Of a stretch of 61,187 nt of DNA, positions 1-9,188 are shown one piece after another (position 1 is the first letter of the stretch; the number at the start of each line of letters is the position of its first letter). The DNA lies in IMG/VR virus record IMGVR_UViG_3300027339_000002, positions 1-61,187 of that record; one strand, given 5' to 3'. Both the position numbers and the translations under genes were made by a program. This DNA is from a virus. Lineage: Duplodnaviria; Caudoviricetes. Below the pieces are notes generated by a model. That model saw nothing but the letters and a program-made list of their open reading frames with translations. It did not search any database and had not been told where the DNA came from.

Positions 1-413
1 CCTGCCCCGATTTCAGAGCTGTGCAAACCGCGGGCCATAGACAGCGTGCAGTAAATCTTGCGCGGCTTGATCTTGTAGCGGTGGCTCAGGATGAAGCCGT
101 CGAACTGCGCATGGTGGGCCAAGAGGTCATGAGTAGACCAGTCGATTTTGGCCAGCTCTTCGGCGATCTTGGGACCGGGGACGACCTTGGTCTTGCCCTT
201 ACCGATCTTGATGCCGCACATGAGCGCTTGAAACCGCGTGTCTCGTATGTACTCGCTGGTGCTGAGCTTACGCAGCGTGTAATCGCTGTCGTAATAGGTC
301 TCGAAGTCGAGCGTCACGAGGTTCGTAAAGTTCACCTCGGCCGGCTTGATTTGTGCGAGCACCACGGGTGGTTGTTCATCAGCCTTACGGCGGGCGGCAG
401 AAGACCAGCTCAT
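1..413 (-). CDS. DNA polymerase (family A-type), N-terminal 3'-5' exonuclease domain, truncated by window edge
   Basis: Not in ORF track. Hand translation from ATG at 413: MSWSSAARR...LVTLDFETYY...LLAHHAQFDGFIL...YCTLSMARG, with ExoI (DxE) and ExoII (HxxxFD) motifs; frame open to base 1. Confidence 0.85.
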   Translation of the reverse strand, partial: MSWSSAARRKADEQPPVVLAQIKPAEVNFTNLVTLDFETYYDSDYTLRKLSTSEYIRDTRFQALMCGIKIGKGKTKVVPGPKIAEELAKIDWSTHDLLAHHAQFDGFILSHRYKIKPRKIYCTLSMARGLHSSEIGA

Positions 414-414
414 T

Positions 415-675
415 TCATTCTTTCAGTCTTGCTGTGATCAGCTGTAGTGTGAGAAGGGCGTTCGCTCGCGCGATCTTTAGTTCGCGCAACCAAGCACCGC
501 GGTGGTAGTTTGTGTAGACGAACGGACCGACACTTGACAGAACACGGTTGCCGAAAGGGCCCGCGGAGCACTTTTGAACAAACGCCCACTCGTCGTACTG
601 AATAGCAAGGCGGTCCATAGGATCACCATGTCGATACTTAGCTATCAGCTCGTCGATGTCCATGCGGCCCCGCAC
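415..675 (-). CDS. small hypothetical protein with C-terminal RL motif (LITARLKE)
   Basis: Abuts neighbouring genes on the minus strand; 86 aa. Confidence 0.7.
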   Translation of the reverse strand: MRGRMDIDELIAKYRHGDPMDRLAIQYDEWAFVQKCSAGPFGNRVLSSVGPFVYTNYHRGAWLRELKIARANALLTLQLITARLKE

Positions 676-1068
676 TCAGAACTTATTCACCTTGTTGATC
701 ATGGCCCGTTCAAACTGCGCCTGTGCATCCCAGCCGACGGCATTGCCGCCGAGTATGGCGCCTGCGTTTTCCGCGACGCGCGCTTTTACTGCTTCTTGCG
801 TTTGCAGCCACTTGAGCAGGTCTGCATCTTTTTTCAAAGACGGGCCGTTGATGACACCGATGCCGCTGATACGGTGAGCGACAGCGTTGATACGGTCCTG
901 CCGCTCTTTTTTCGCGAAAGACAAGACGTTGAGCCACGTGACAAAAGTCATCGGGGGCTTGAGCAGCTCAAGCGGTATGTATTGAGCGACAACAGCAAGT
1001 TCGTCTTCGGTCGGCGAGACGAAGTGGTTGTATTTGGTGATGATGGCGTCGAGGGTTTCTGCGGTCAT
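676..1068 (-). CDS. hypothetical protein
   Basis: ATGA overlap with helicase stop; 130 aa. Confidence 0.7.
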   Translation of the reverse strand: MTAETLDAIITKYNHFVSPTEDELAVVAQYIPLELLKPPMTFVTWLNVLSFAKKERQDRINAVAHRISGIGVINGPSLKKDADLLKWLQTQEAVKARVAENAGAILGGNAVGWDAQAQFERAMINKVNKF

Positions 1069-2471
1069 AACGATCCAAACAGGTCGAGAAGGTTGCGCAT
1101 GCGCTCGTTCTTGCCGAGCAGAATCTCGTAGACCTGTTCTTCGATCGTGTTTTTGGCCACGACGATGATGGTCTCGGTTTTCTTTTTCTGCCCCATGCGG
1201 TACTGGCGGCGGTTGCCCTGGGCAAACAGCTCGGCGTCGTACGTGGGGCAGGGCCAGATGGTCGTGGTACCGCGCGTAAGCGTCAAGCCGTGGGCGATAC
1301 TGCGCGGATGACCAAACAAGACGTCAAGTTGGCCAGCTTGGTAACGAGCGACGATAGCGTCTCGCTCTTTGTCAGGCGTGCTGCCGTCGATCACGGCATA
1401 ACTCAGCTTGGCTTTGGCTGCATGCTTGACCAACAGATCGCGTTGGTGCTTCCAGAAGAAGAACACGAGACTGTGCTGACGCTGAGCCACCATGTCGATG
1501 ATCATCTCGTAGCGCTCTTCGTCCACCACGCTGAACTTGTCATCTGTGGTGTAGAGCGCACCAGAACTGATCTGCAGCAGCTTGTTGGCCACGGCAGCAG
1601 CGTTGATGGCGATGGCGTCAGCCGGCACGCCAGACAGCCGTTGCTTGACTGCGGAGACCACAGACAAATAGATCTGATCGCGGCTCATGCGTTCGTATGC
1701 GTCACGCTGCTTTTTGGTCAGCTCCCAGTCCACCGTGTACTGATGGTTCGGCGGGATGTCCACGCAGTCTTCGAACTTGTGGCGGATCACGATGTCGCTG
1801 AGCAGGCCAAAAACGGCTTCTTCAGCGCCGGGCTTGTCCTGCCAGTTGATCGCGTTAGCGTTGCGCCCTACTTGCTGCGGGATGCACACGCTATTGCGAA
1901 ACGCATAGAAACTGGGGCCCAAGCGCTGCCCGCCGTCGAGCAGATAAACCTGATGCCACACGTCGGTGATGCTGCGGCCGTTGGGCGTACCCGTGAGGCC
2001 GGAGCGGTACTCGAAGTGCTTGGAAACCTTGGCCATGGCGCGACTGCGCTGGCTGGTGTGGTGCTTGTACGCAGTGATCTCGTCGACTACCAGTTCGTCG
2101 AATCGCTCGAAGAAAGCTTTCTTCTGCTTGGCGAGCCATACGGCAGCATCTACGTTGGTCACGTAAATGTCGGCGTCGGCCTTGAACGCCTCATCACGAT
2201 TGTCTGCTCGGGCGACTGATACGCGCATGTCTGGACAGAACTTGCGTGCGTCGTCAGCCCAGGCTGACTTGAGCAAGCTCTTGGGGGCGATGACCAGCAT
2301 ACACTTGGCCTTACCGCCCTTGCGACGCCGCCGAGCTGCGTAATGGACCAGACGCACGAACGTCTTCCCGGTACCAGGGTCGCTGGTGTCGTAGCGGATC
2401 GGCGTGCGGTCGGCGTGCTTCAAGCTGACCGCTTGATGCTTCATCGCTTTGGGGGGAAGTACGCGCGGCAT
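1065..2471 (-). CDS. SNF2-family (SF2) DNA helicase
   Basis: PGTGKT, LVIAPKS, VVDE, LTGTP, KLLQ, HGLTL and QGNRRQYRMGQ helicase motifs. Confidence 0.92.
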   Translation of the reverse strand: MPRVLPPKAMKHQAVSLKHADRTPIRYDTSDPGTGKTFVRLVHYAARRRRKGGKAKCMLVIAPKSLLKSAWADDARKFCPDMRVSVARADNRDEAFKADADIYVTNVDAAVWLAKQKKAFFERFDELVVDEITAYKHHTSQRSRAMAKVSKHFEYRSGLTGTPNGRSITDVWHQVYLLDGGQRLGPSFYAFRNSVCIPQQVGRNANAINWQDKPGAEEAVFGLLSDIVIRHKFEDCVDIPPNHQYTVDWELTKKQRDAYERMSRDQIYLSVVSAVKQRLSGVPADAIAINAAAVANKLLQISSGALYTTDDKFSVVDEERYEMIIDMVAQRQHSLVFFFWKHQRDLLVKHAAKAKLSYAVIDGSTPDKERDAIVARYQAGQLDVLFGHPRSIAHGLTLTRGTTTIWPCPTYDAELFAQGNRRQYRMGQKKKTETIIVVAKNTIEEQVYEILLGKNERMRNLLDLFGSL

Positions 2472-2734
2472 CAGTGCACCTCTTTCAAGCGAGTTCGACG
2501 TTCATCGGCGATCTCGGCGCACCGCTGCCGCAGACTCTCTCCCGACGGGTCGGTGTAAACATCGGCATGGCAGAAAAAAGAGAGCTGCAGCCCGAGCAAT
2601 CGGATAGCCGGGCACAGCAAAGGTGGTGACCCTTCTGCTTGCGCTTCGGCGATGAACTTGCTGAGCATGTCCACGACGTCGTTCAGCGCGTACGCTCCAG
2701 GCTGCATGTTGGCGACAATTTCAAAGCGGTTCAT
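2471..2734 (-). CDS. hypothetical protein (ends RRTRLKEVH)
   Basis: Start placed at the ATGA overlap at 2731-2734. Confidence 0.6.
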   Translation of the reverse strand: MNRFEIVANMQPGAYALNDVVDMLSKFIAEAQAEGSPPLLCPAIRLLGLQLSFFCHADVYTDPSGESLRQRCAEIADERRTRLKEVH

Positions 2735-3021
2735 GAGGTCAGCCGAGATGAGATGATGGCGGGCAAAAAACGAATGCAGCGTGCGCACGTGACTTGACTT
2801 GCGTCGAGAAAGGGTGCATCGCTCTTCAGGTCAGGTATGCGTCCGCACAAGTTGCGGTACAGCGGGCGTCCCGAGACCGTGCGCTCGGCGATGCGGTCTG
2901 GTACATAGTGCTGCACGGTACCGCTGGGTACGATGTACGGCCTGCGATCTTGGATCACTGCCTGCACGTACGCTTGATAATCTTCGAGCCGAGTAAAACC
3001 TTTCGGGACGCGCTCGTTCAT
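2731..3021 (-). CDS. hypothetical protein with C-terminal RL motif (IISSRLTS)
   Basis: ATGA overlaps at both ends; H, C and CxxC residues suggest zinc binding. Confidence 0.65.
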   Translation of the reverse strand: MNERVPKGFTRLEDYQAYVQAVIQDRRPYIVPSGTVQHYVPDRIAERTVSGRPLYRNLCGRIPDLKSDAPFLDASQVTCARCIRFLPAIISSRLTS

Positions 3022-3848
3022 CGGTTGTACCCTTTCTTGACTCCGTCCTGGCAATGGCCGGTCCCCCAAGGGCCGTACGCGCACCATTGACAGCTGAAGA
3101 TGTTCGCGTTAGCCGGGAACTCAGTGGCCGTGGTCATCTCGTTGCCCCGTCGATCGAAGTTCGACTTGAAGCGCAAGCCTTGCGCTCGGGTAAAGGTCTG
3201 AACCGTCACTTCGTTTTGATCGAGGTACCACAGCTCCGTGGTGACAGACTGCAGCTTCGGGTAACGCAAGAACGTCACGAGTTGGTACAGCTGCAGCTGC
3301 TCAGCGTGCTTGACTTCATTGCCGAACTTACGACCGGTCTTGTAGTCGATCACCGTGGCGTGCTCATCGCCGTGAAAAACACATGCATCAAGCTTCAAGC
3401 GAAGCCACACAGGTACCCATTGATAAAATTTCTTGCCGACCTGATAGAACAGGCTGGCGTCGCCGCGCTCGGGCAACTTCTTGACCTTGGTGACGGGTTC
3501 GGCAAACGCCAACTCTCGCCACTCGCCGTTGTAGTCCATGGGTTCCCAGTTACGGCCCATGCCCCATTCGCCTTCAAGCGAAACGCAACCCTCTTTGTAG
3601 AGGATGCGCAAAAGATCGAGGTGAACACCGAAGTGCTTTTCCGCTTCAGGGGCCAGGGTATTGATGTCACCGCGAACGTAGCGTTCGCAGGAATCGTGCA
3701 CGCGCGTGCCGCGGTCGTTGGCGTGCTCTGTTTTGCCTGGGGGCAACGGGCGTTCAGGCTCGGGGATACGCTGGTCGTACTTGAGCCATGCCATGCGCTT
3801 GCAAGTCTGAAACGACTGCAGCCGGGTCGGAGACCAGGATTTGATCAT
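3018..3848 (-). CDS. PD-(D/E)XK RecB/Cas4-like exonuclease
   Basis: WSPTRL..C, GTRVH, KLD, IDYKTG, QLQLY and C-terminal CQWC..C. Confidence 0.9.
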   Translation of the reverse strand: MIKSWSPTRLQSFQTCKRMAWLKYDQRIPEPERPLPPGKTEHANDRGTRVHDSCERYVRGDINTLAPEAEKHFGVHLDLLRILYKEGCVSLEGEWGMGRNWEPMDYNGEWRELAFAEPVTKVKKLPERGDASLFYQVGKKFYQWVPVWLRLKLDACVFHGDEHATVIDYKTGRKFGNEVKHAEQLQLYQLVTFLRYPKLQSVTTELWYLDQNEVTVQTFTRAQGLRFKSNFDRRGNEMTTATEFPANANIFSCQWCAYGPWGTGHCQDGVKKGYNR

Positions 3849-4486
3849 GATGAAGTGTGGTTGATTTTTGAGACCAGATATCGTAACTGATCTTCGACCC
3901 AGGCTTCAGCCTCGCCATCTTCTCCCCAAGTGAACGTCGGTGAGTTCTCCCAGAAGTCGAGGGCGCTGCATTCAACCCGCCATTCTTTGTCGAAACACTG
4001 CCCGTTAACGACATCTCTGGCCCACGTCCTTGTGCGCTTGATGTACTCATCGGCGGCGCGTTGAGCATAGGCGACACCTGACTTCTTGCGGGCGTCGCAG
4101 AAGTACTGCGCCCAGGTGTACTCAAGAACTAGGACAGTTCTATTTCCATGGCCCCGTGCAGTTCCAAGATCGATCTCTTCTCCGCCGCGTTGGACACCGT
4201 ACGGTCTATGCACTGTGTCTATTTTACCGACACCTTCAAAAGCGTACTCTTGATCAACGTAGTCCCAACGTGCGGTGATGCAGACGTCGTTGTACTCGAC
4301 CTCGAAAGTTTGCTCACCCCGTTTCATGCTCGGTGTATCAAACGGCAAAGGACACATGCGCCGCGCTGCGCGCTGAGTAATCTCTTTCTTGGCGAGGTCG
4401 TATGCGTAAGGGGGAGCGATGCCGCGCTCACGCCGGGCCCGATACGCCTCGATCAGTGTCTCTGAGAGGTTTGAAGTCCGGAACAT
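3845..4486 (-). CDS. hypothetical protein
   Basis: 213-aa ORF, ATGA-coupled to the nuclease. Confidence 0.65.
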   Translation of the reverse strand: MFRTSNLSETLIEAYRARRERGIAPPYAYDLAKKEITQRAARRMCPLPFDTPSMKRGEQTFEVEYNDVCITARWDYVDQEYAFEGVGKIDTVHRPYGVQRGGEEIDLGTARGHGNRTVLVLEYTWAQYFCDARKKSGVAYAQRAADEYIKRTRTWARDVVNGQCFDKEWRVECSALDFWENSPTFTWGEDGEAEAWVEDQLRYLVSKINHTSS

Positions 4487-4832
4487 TGGTTTCGATCCCT
4501 CGTGTCACGCGCATCAGCGGCTCGCCGTCGCCGAAGTTGCGGCATTCGGTGTCATCGTCGTTCTCACCCAGGCGGATGAACGTGCCAGAGAACTCGCTGT
4601 CTTGCGCGAGCTCTCCCCAGAGCCGTTCGTGGATCGCGACATCCTCGTACTGCAGGTACCACTTGACGTCGTCGGCGTCGAAAGTGATGTACCCGTCGCC
4701 TTCATGCACACCGATCGAGCACTCTGCGAGGGCCTGTGCGTGTTCGCCAGTGAGGCGCCACGCTGCAAGCTTGGCCAACATGACCTTTTCAGGGGCGTAG
4801 ATGGCGTACGACACGGTTGAACGGTAGCCCAT
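4428..4832 (-). CDS. hypothetical phage protein
   Basis: GGAG RBS; MGYRS...DVKWY...FIRLGE pattern typical of small phage proteins. Confidence 0.7.
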   Translation of the reverse strand: MGYRSTVSYAIYAPEKVMLAKLAAWRLTGEHAQALAECSIGVHEGDGYITFDADDVKWYLQYEDVAIHERLWGELAQDSEFSGTFIRLGENDDDTECRNFGDGEPLMRVTRGIETNVPDFKPLRDTDRGVSGPA

Positions 4833-4843
4833 GCGTAACTCCG

Positions 4844-5353
4844 TCAGTTGTCGAAGCAGAAGACGACACGGTACACCTCGTTGACTTTGTTCGGGTCGTC
4901 GAAGTGAAACGCGTCAGGTTCGAAAAGTTCGGCAAAGCAGCGGTACGGATGACCGTCTTTGAAGGACGCACGCTGCTGTGTCAAGCGGTCAGCCACAAAC
5001 TCATGACCGAAGTGTTTGTGAAGGATAGGCTCAATCTCGCTGGGCGTGAGCCACGAGTGGCTGTGGAGGTCGGAGTCGTCTTGACTATACCGAGCGCGCG
5101 CCATCACGGACGCATCAGGCGGGAGGCCTTTCGGCGTGAAGCCGAAGTTGCCGTCGCCACGGACATCCGCGAGGTCGGCAAAGAGATCGTAGTTGCGACT
5201 GCACACTTTGAAGTACATGTTGCCGCTGGGGAACGACTGGCCTTCTCGAAAAGAATCGAACATTTTGTTAGATAGGCCCGTGAAATCACGGACGCCGTAC
5301 CACTCGCCGGTGCTGGCTTTTTGTTCGAGGATGATGTGGATGTCGCAGCCCAT
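4844..5353 (-). CDS. conserved phage hypothetical protein
   Basis: MGCDIH...RNYDLFADLADVR...HSHSWLT...RVVFCFDN pattern that I recognise as widespread in phages. Confidence 0.8.
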   Translation of the reverse strand: MGCDIHIILEQKASTGEWYGVRDFTGLSNKMFDSFREGQSFPSGNMYFKVCSRNYDLFADLADVRGDGNFGFTPKGLPPDASVMARARYSQDDSDLHSHSWLTPSEIEPILHKHFGHEFVADRLTQQRASFKDGHPYRCFAELFEPDAFHFDDPNKVNEVYRVVFCFDN

Positions 5354-5362
5354 GCTGTTCTT

Positions 5363-5536
5363 TCAGTCGTTGATCTTGAGGCCTTCGCTGGTGTGCTCCA
5401 CGTTGATGAGCACATCGGCTGGCACCGTCACGTCGATGTACCAGAGCACATCGTCGTCTTTGGCGCCGCGTGATTCGACCAGGGCTTTGAACTGGCCCCA
5501 GGTCATGCCGTCGGAAGGGACGAGAGCCGTGTTCAT
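5363..5536 (-). CDS. small hypothetical protein
   Basis: MNTALVPSDGMTWGQFK...; ATGA overlap at 5533-5536. Confidence 0.6.
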   Translation of the reverse strand: MNTALVPSDGMTWGQFKALVESRGAKDDDVLWYIDVTVPADVLINVEHTSEGLKIND

Positions 5537-5883
5537 TGCTTGCCCTTCTGCGCGCCGAGCAGGAACCACTTCCAGTCGCGTGCGATCGCCGGGTTCACAT
5601 ACGTGCCCTTGCGCGAGCGGCGGAAGTTGAACGAGTCCCTGTTGAGAGACTCGAAGATGGTGCGGAGGCGGTCTTCGTCGAGCGGTTTGACGGGCTCGTG
5701 TCGTGCATCCCGGAAACCAGGGTGCGTGCACTTGCCCCGCTCGCACTCGCAGTACGGGCTGCGGCAAGGCTTGAGTTCGCGGTCTTGGGCTGTGCAATTG
5801 GTGGCCATGCACAAGCCCATTTCATCGAAACGGTGCCGGCCGTCGCTGTGACCGGGGCAAGGGTCAGATTTCGATGCGGACAT
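5533..5883 (-). CDS. Cys-rich hypothetical protein
   Basis: Cys/His cluster followed by GTYVNPAIARDWKWF. Confidence 0.55.
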   Translation of the reverse strand: MSASKSDPCPGHSDGRHRFDEMGLCMATNCTAQDRELKPCRSPYCECERGKCTHPGFRDARHEPVKPLDEDRLRTIFESLNRDSFNFRRSRKGTYVNPAIARDWKWFLLGAQKGKQ

Positions 5884-6964
5884 GCTGCCCCCACGGCGGA
5901 ACGACGTCGGTGGTCATGACCCACAGCACCGGGTAATCCGGCGCCGTTTGAGGGAACGGGCCGTAGCCGTCAGTCAGGTAGATCAAGCATTTGGGGGTTT
6001 CGCCGAGCTCATCGAAGTGCGTGAACGGAGGGCGGAAGTCGGTACCGCCGCCGCCTTTGCTGACGAGCTTGAACTCGTCTTCCATGGAGAACTCATCCAT
6101 GTGGTTGATGCGCGCGTCACACGAGATGTGGATGGTTTTGACGGGGCGCACAGCATCGCGGATGGCCGAGATTTCGGCTGTGAACGCAGAGAGCACAGGC
6201 CCGTCGATGGAGCCAGAATCGTCAGTCACGACGCACACGCTCTCCATGACTTCGCTGTGCAGGCCGGGCAAATAAAAGCCGCTGGCCAGCATGCGCCGGT
6301 TGGGGCGCGTCCACTGATAGTCGTTTTTCGCGAAGGACGTGATGAACTGGCGCAGCATGGCCTTCCAGTCCACCTTGCTGTTCAGCATGTCGTCGACAAA
6401 GCGCTCGAGCGGTCCGCTCAGTTTGCCTTGCGCTTTGGCAGCCTGCGCAGCCTGAGCAGTGGCGATCTTCCACTCGGTCTCGACCATTTCGGCGTCAGCC
6501 GGATTGCCTTGTGCCGCGTCACGGATATCACACAAGCCGCCGTGCTCATCGTCAGGTTGGTCGGGCAGCAGCGAGTAGATGTGGTCCGCTGTCATGCCCT
6601 TGAAGGCGGGGTTGTGCAGCCACGTTTTGCCCAGCTCGAACCCGGCATCTTTGATGACGTCATTGATGACGTAGTCACCAGCGGCGTTCCACTTGCCAGG
6701 GCTTCGACCGTTACGACGCGTCAGATGATCGAACACGCAGTGGCCGACTTCGTGGGCCATAGCGGACTTGCGCAGCGCAGGCGTGAGATCACGCACGAAC
6801 TTCGCGTTGTAGAAGACGTGCTTGCCGTCAACGGCCAACGTCGGGATGGTGTTGTCTTCCACCAGCTTCAGACGGAGCGCCAGCGTACCGAAAAACGGCT
6901 GGTCGATGATCATGGCTGCGCGAGCGCGCGTGAGTTCAAGGAGAGCTTGTTGATCGACGGTCAT
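5864..6964 (-). CDS. putative metallopeptidase plus vWA domain protein (DUF2201-like)
   Basis: HEVGH (HExxH), WNAAGDYVIN, MIDAS-like DDSGS, GGGGTDF, YLTDGYG; start at the ATGA overlap 6961-6964. Confidence 0.9.
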   Translation of the reverse strand: MTVDQQALLELTRARAAMIIDQPFFGTLALRLKLVEDNTIPTLAVDGKHVFYNAKFVRDLTPALRKSAMAHEVGHCVFDHLTRRNGRSPGKWNAAGDYVINDVIKDAGFELGKTWLHNPAFKGMTADHIYSLLPDQPDDEHGGLCDIRDAAQGNPADAEMVETEWKIATAQAAQAAKAQGKLSGPLERFVDDMLNSKVDWKAMLRQFITSFAKNDYQWTRPNRRMLASGFYLPGLHSEVMESVCVVTDDSGSIDGPVLSAFTAEISAIRDAVRPVKTIHISCDARINHMDEFSMEDEFKLVSKGGGGTDFRPPFTHFDELGETPKCLIYLTDGYGPFPQTAPDYPVLWVMTTDVVPPWGQHVRIEI

Positions 6965-7248
6965 GATGTAAGGCGTTGGATTGAGATAAGAAGAACGGTT
7001 TGTTCGACAACTGCGAGGGCGCATGGGTTACCGCCCAGTGCTTGTATGTGCACTGTTCGCATCACGGTTCGCTCTTTTTCGCTGCCTACTACTGCTCGTC
7101 CCCACGCAGATAGCCATTGTTCTACTGTGGGGGAGCGTTGATGTAGGGTATACAGCGCATTAGCGAAAGCGCTTGTCTCGTGTCGGTTGTCTACGCTTAA
7201 CCGACTAAACGCATTGCAAGCACTTTGCTGACTATCCGTGAGTGCCAT
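6961..7248 (-). CDS. small helical protein, QA..GNP/RL family
   Basis: Ends QALGGNPCALAVVEQTVLLISIQRLTS. Confidence 0.65.
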   Translation of the reverse strand: MALTDSQQSACNAFSRLSVDNRHETSAFANALYTLHQRSPTVEQWLSAWGRAVVGSEKERTVMRTVHIQALGGNPCALAVVEQTVLLISIQRLTS

Positions 7249-7439
7249 GGGTTACCTTGCGCTGCTTGTTGTTTCCAGTGTTGTATCGAGCGATGCCTAG
7301 ACGCCAGAGACAACGTATTGAAATAAGCGTTGATGGAGTTGAGGCCGAGTTCTGCGAGCGCCCGTTGAAAGTGCGTTATTTCTTGCCGCTCTTCAGCGCT
7401 CAGGGATACTTTGCGGATAGTGCTCAAAGGTAGCCCCAT
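7197..7439 (-). CDS. small helical protein, QA..GNP/RL family
   Basis: Ends QQAAQGNPWHSRIVSKVLAMRLVG. Confidence 0.65.
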   Translation of the reverse strand: MGLPLSTIRKVSLSAEERQEITHFQRALAELGLNSINAYFNTLSLASRHRSIQHWKQQAAQGNPWHSRIVSKVLAMRLVG

Positions 7440-7448
7440 GATGTTCGC

Positions 7449-7697
7449 TTAGCCTTTCAGGCGTTCGACGGTAACTGCCGTCATGAGCGTTTTGGCCAGC
7501 TCTGTCGGGTTCGGTCCCTGCGCTTGCTGTTCGATCCAGTAAATCCACCGCAGCTGTTGGGCGTCGCTCCATCTGGCGAACTTCACGCAAAGCACTCTCC
7601 ATCCAGGCGATCCTTCTGCTCGCTTGTTCTGCATCACGCGTCGGAACAGAGCGATCAGTTGGAGTTCGTCGGGGGAAGGAGTGAAAGAACTTTGCAT
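7449..7697 (-). CDS. small helical protein, QA..GNP/RL family
   Basis: Ends QQAQGPNPTELAKTLMTAVTVERLKG. Confidence 0.65.
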   Translation of the reverse strand: MQSSFTPSPDELQLIALFRRVMQNKRAEGSPGWRVLCVKFARWSDAQQLRWIYWIEQQAQGPNPTELAKTLMTAVTVERLKG

Positions 7698-8500
7698 GCC
7701 ACTTCGTCGATTTCCCGACGCCGGAAAGTACTGATGCGCAGAGTGCGCGGGCTCACTGATGCCAACGGCTCCATTTCTTTGTGGAGCTGAATGAGCAAAG
7801 GGTCGTCCGTGAGGTTCAGCGCAAGGATGACCCCATGAAGGTTCTTGACGTTGTCCACGAGGGAATCGCGGAACACTGCTTTGGGGTCGCTGAGACGCTC
7901 GTGCATGGTACCGACCACTTCGCGGATGCGCGCGAAGATGTCGTTCACCGCTTTCTCTTGACGGGCTCGAACTGCTTGTTCGAGCTCATGCCGCACGCGC
8001 GCCATCTCGGTTTCACCGACATCGACACGAAAATCACTGGCGCTTGGCACAGGTTCGGGGTCGATACTGACGTAAAACTTCAAAGCGATCTTGGCGGCAT
8101 CCGGGTAGTCGCGAGGGTCGTACAACGTACCCAATCGCTGTCGTGCGGTCTGCACCAGCGCAGGATAGCCGTCAACGAACTCCCGCACACGGGTGTTGAA
8201 GGTGTCCTTGAGCTTGCGCATGTCCTGTGTGTACTGCATGAACAGCTTCGATGGGAGCAAGCGGCGACCGTCATCGGTCCACGGCAAAGTGTTCTTGTTG
8301 TGGTAGTCACGCAGGGCGTTTGCCGCCGACGCGATTGGCTTGAGGGCGTCAGCGTCAACCAGCAGCTTGTTGAAGCGGCCGGCATTCTTGGCGCCGTGAT
8401 TTTTTTCGATCTCGGAAGACGCGTGCTTGTCGTGCTTGCGCGCCGTCCATTGGCTGATGCTCAAGGTCATCAGCATCGCTTTGTGATTCAGCATGTTCAT
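7655..8500 (-). CDS. DUF3150-like protein, partner of phage AAA/vWA modules
   Basis: LSISQWTARKHD...NKLL...TLPWTDDGRRLLP...RLGTLYDPRDYP...FRDSLV...LNLTDD. Confidence 0.7.
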   Translation of the reverse strand: MNMLNHKAMLMTLSISQWTARKHDKHASSEIEKNHGAKNAGRFNKLLVDADALKPIASAANALRDYHNKNTLPWTDDGRRLLPSKLFMQYTQDMRKLKDTFNTRVREFVDGYPALVQTARQRLGTLYDPRDYPDAAKIALKFYVSIDPEPVPSASDFRVDVGETEMARVRHELEQAVRARQEKAVNDIFARIREVVGTMHERLSDPKAVFRDSLVDNVKNLHGVILALNLTDDPLLIQLHKEMEPLASVSPRTLRISTFRRREIDEVACKVLSLLPPTNSN

Positions 8501-8607
8501 TCCTTCAGGCGAGCAGACGTCTCAAAGATGACGAAACGTCAATCAGCTCGGTTGTGTGCCCACGCCAATGTCCTTCGCATGAATCTTTCCAACTCATCGT
8601 GGGTCAT
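8497..8607 (-). pseudogene. interrupted micro-ORF with RL tail (MTHDELERFMRRTLAWAHNRAD*RFVIFETSARLKE)
   Basis: Hand translation; ATGA overlaps at both ends; one in-frame TGA at codon 23. Confidence 0.55.
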
Positions 8608-8795
8608 GCTTTGAGCCTTAACGCGATCAGCTCTATTTCGTACCAAAGCTTAAGCGTTTGCGCCAGCAACTCGCCATTCTCCGCTCGCCGGAGCATGTCG
8701 TGCCGGTCTTGAAACAGACGTGTGTAGCCCTTGTGCACAAGGATGACCCACGCTTCTTCTTCAGGGGTGAAAAAGTCGTCGATGGTCATAGTCAT
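8604..8795 (-). CDS. small protein with RL tail (ELIALRLKA)
   Basis: 3' part of track ORF 8604..9023; start uncertain. Confidence 0.6.
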   Translation of the reverse strand: MTMTIDDFFTPEEEAWVILVHKGYTRLFQDRHDMLRRAENGELLAQTLKLWYEIELIALRLKA

Positions 8796-8824
8796 CGGTG
8801 AAGATAGGCCCCTGGGCATAGTGG

Positions 8825-8998
8825 TCAACGCAGGCGTCGTCGAACTGATTCGGCCAGTAGTTGTTCCGCTATTTGCATAGCTGCAGAATCGTTGTAGAAA
8901 GCTCTCTCGAGGCATCGGACCATCCCTCCTTTGGAGTCGAAGAAGGGATGACACAAACCTCGTCGGTGCATGTCCGCCCATACGTGCAGCATGTTCAT
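8825..8998 (-). CDS. small protein with RL tail (AESVRRRLR)
   Basis: Start at the ATGA overlap 8995-8998. Confidence 0.55.
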   Translation of the reverse strand: MNMLHVWADMHRRGLCHPFFDSKGGMVRCLERAFYNDSAAMQIAEQLLAESVRRRLR

Positions 8999-9168
8999 GA
9001 CCGCGTCCGCGTCGAAACGGCAAGGATCAAAGCGCGATTGAACAGCTCCCGGATCTGGTACTTCGCTCCGGTTGTTTTTGCTCGTAGCCATGCTAAGTAC
9101 AGCTCGCGGTATGTGTGTTCGTAAACGACGCGGCAATATTTCTTGGGTAGCGTGCCCTGAAGCTGCAT
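8995..9168 (-). CDS. small helical protein (ends LILAVSTRTRS)
   Basis: ATG at 9168 downstream of a hairpin; coupled to the next gene. Confidence 0.5.
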   Translation of the reverse strand: MQLQGTLPKKYCRVVYEHTYRELYLAWLRAKTTGAKYQIRELFNRALILAVSTRTRS

Positions 9169-9188
9169 GAGGCCAAAGGCACGCCCTA

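Noticed and set aside
3018-3848. Cas4 as evidence of a CRISPR-Cas system
   Set aside because: Stand-alone phage PD-(D/E)XK nuclease; no other cas genes or arrays
8497-8607. Genome-wide TGA recoding
   Set aside because: TGA is the normal stop in many ATGA overlaps and the core genes are intact under the standard code
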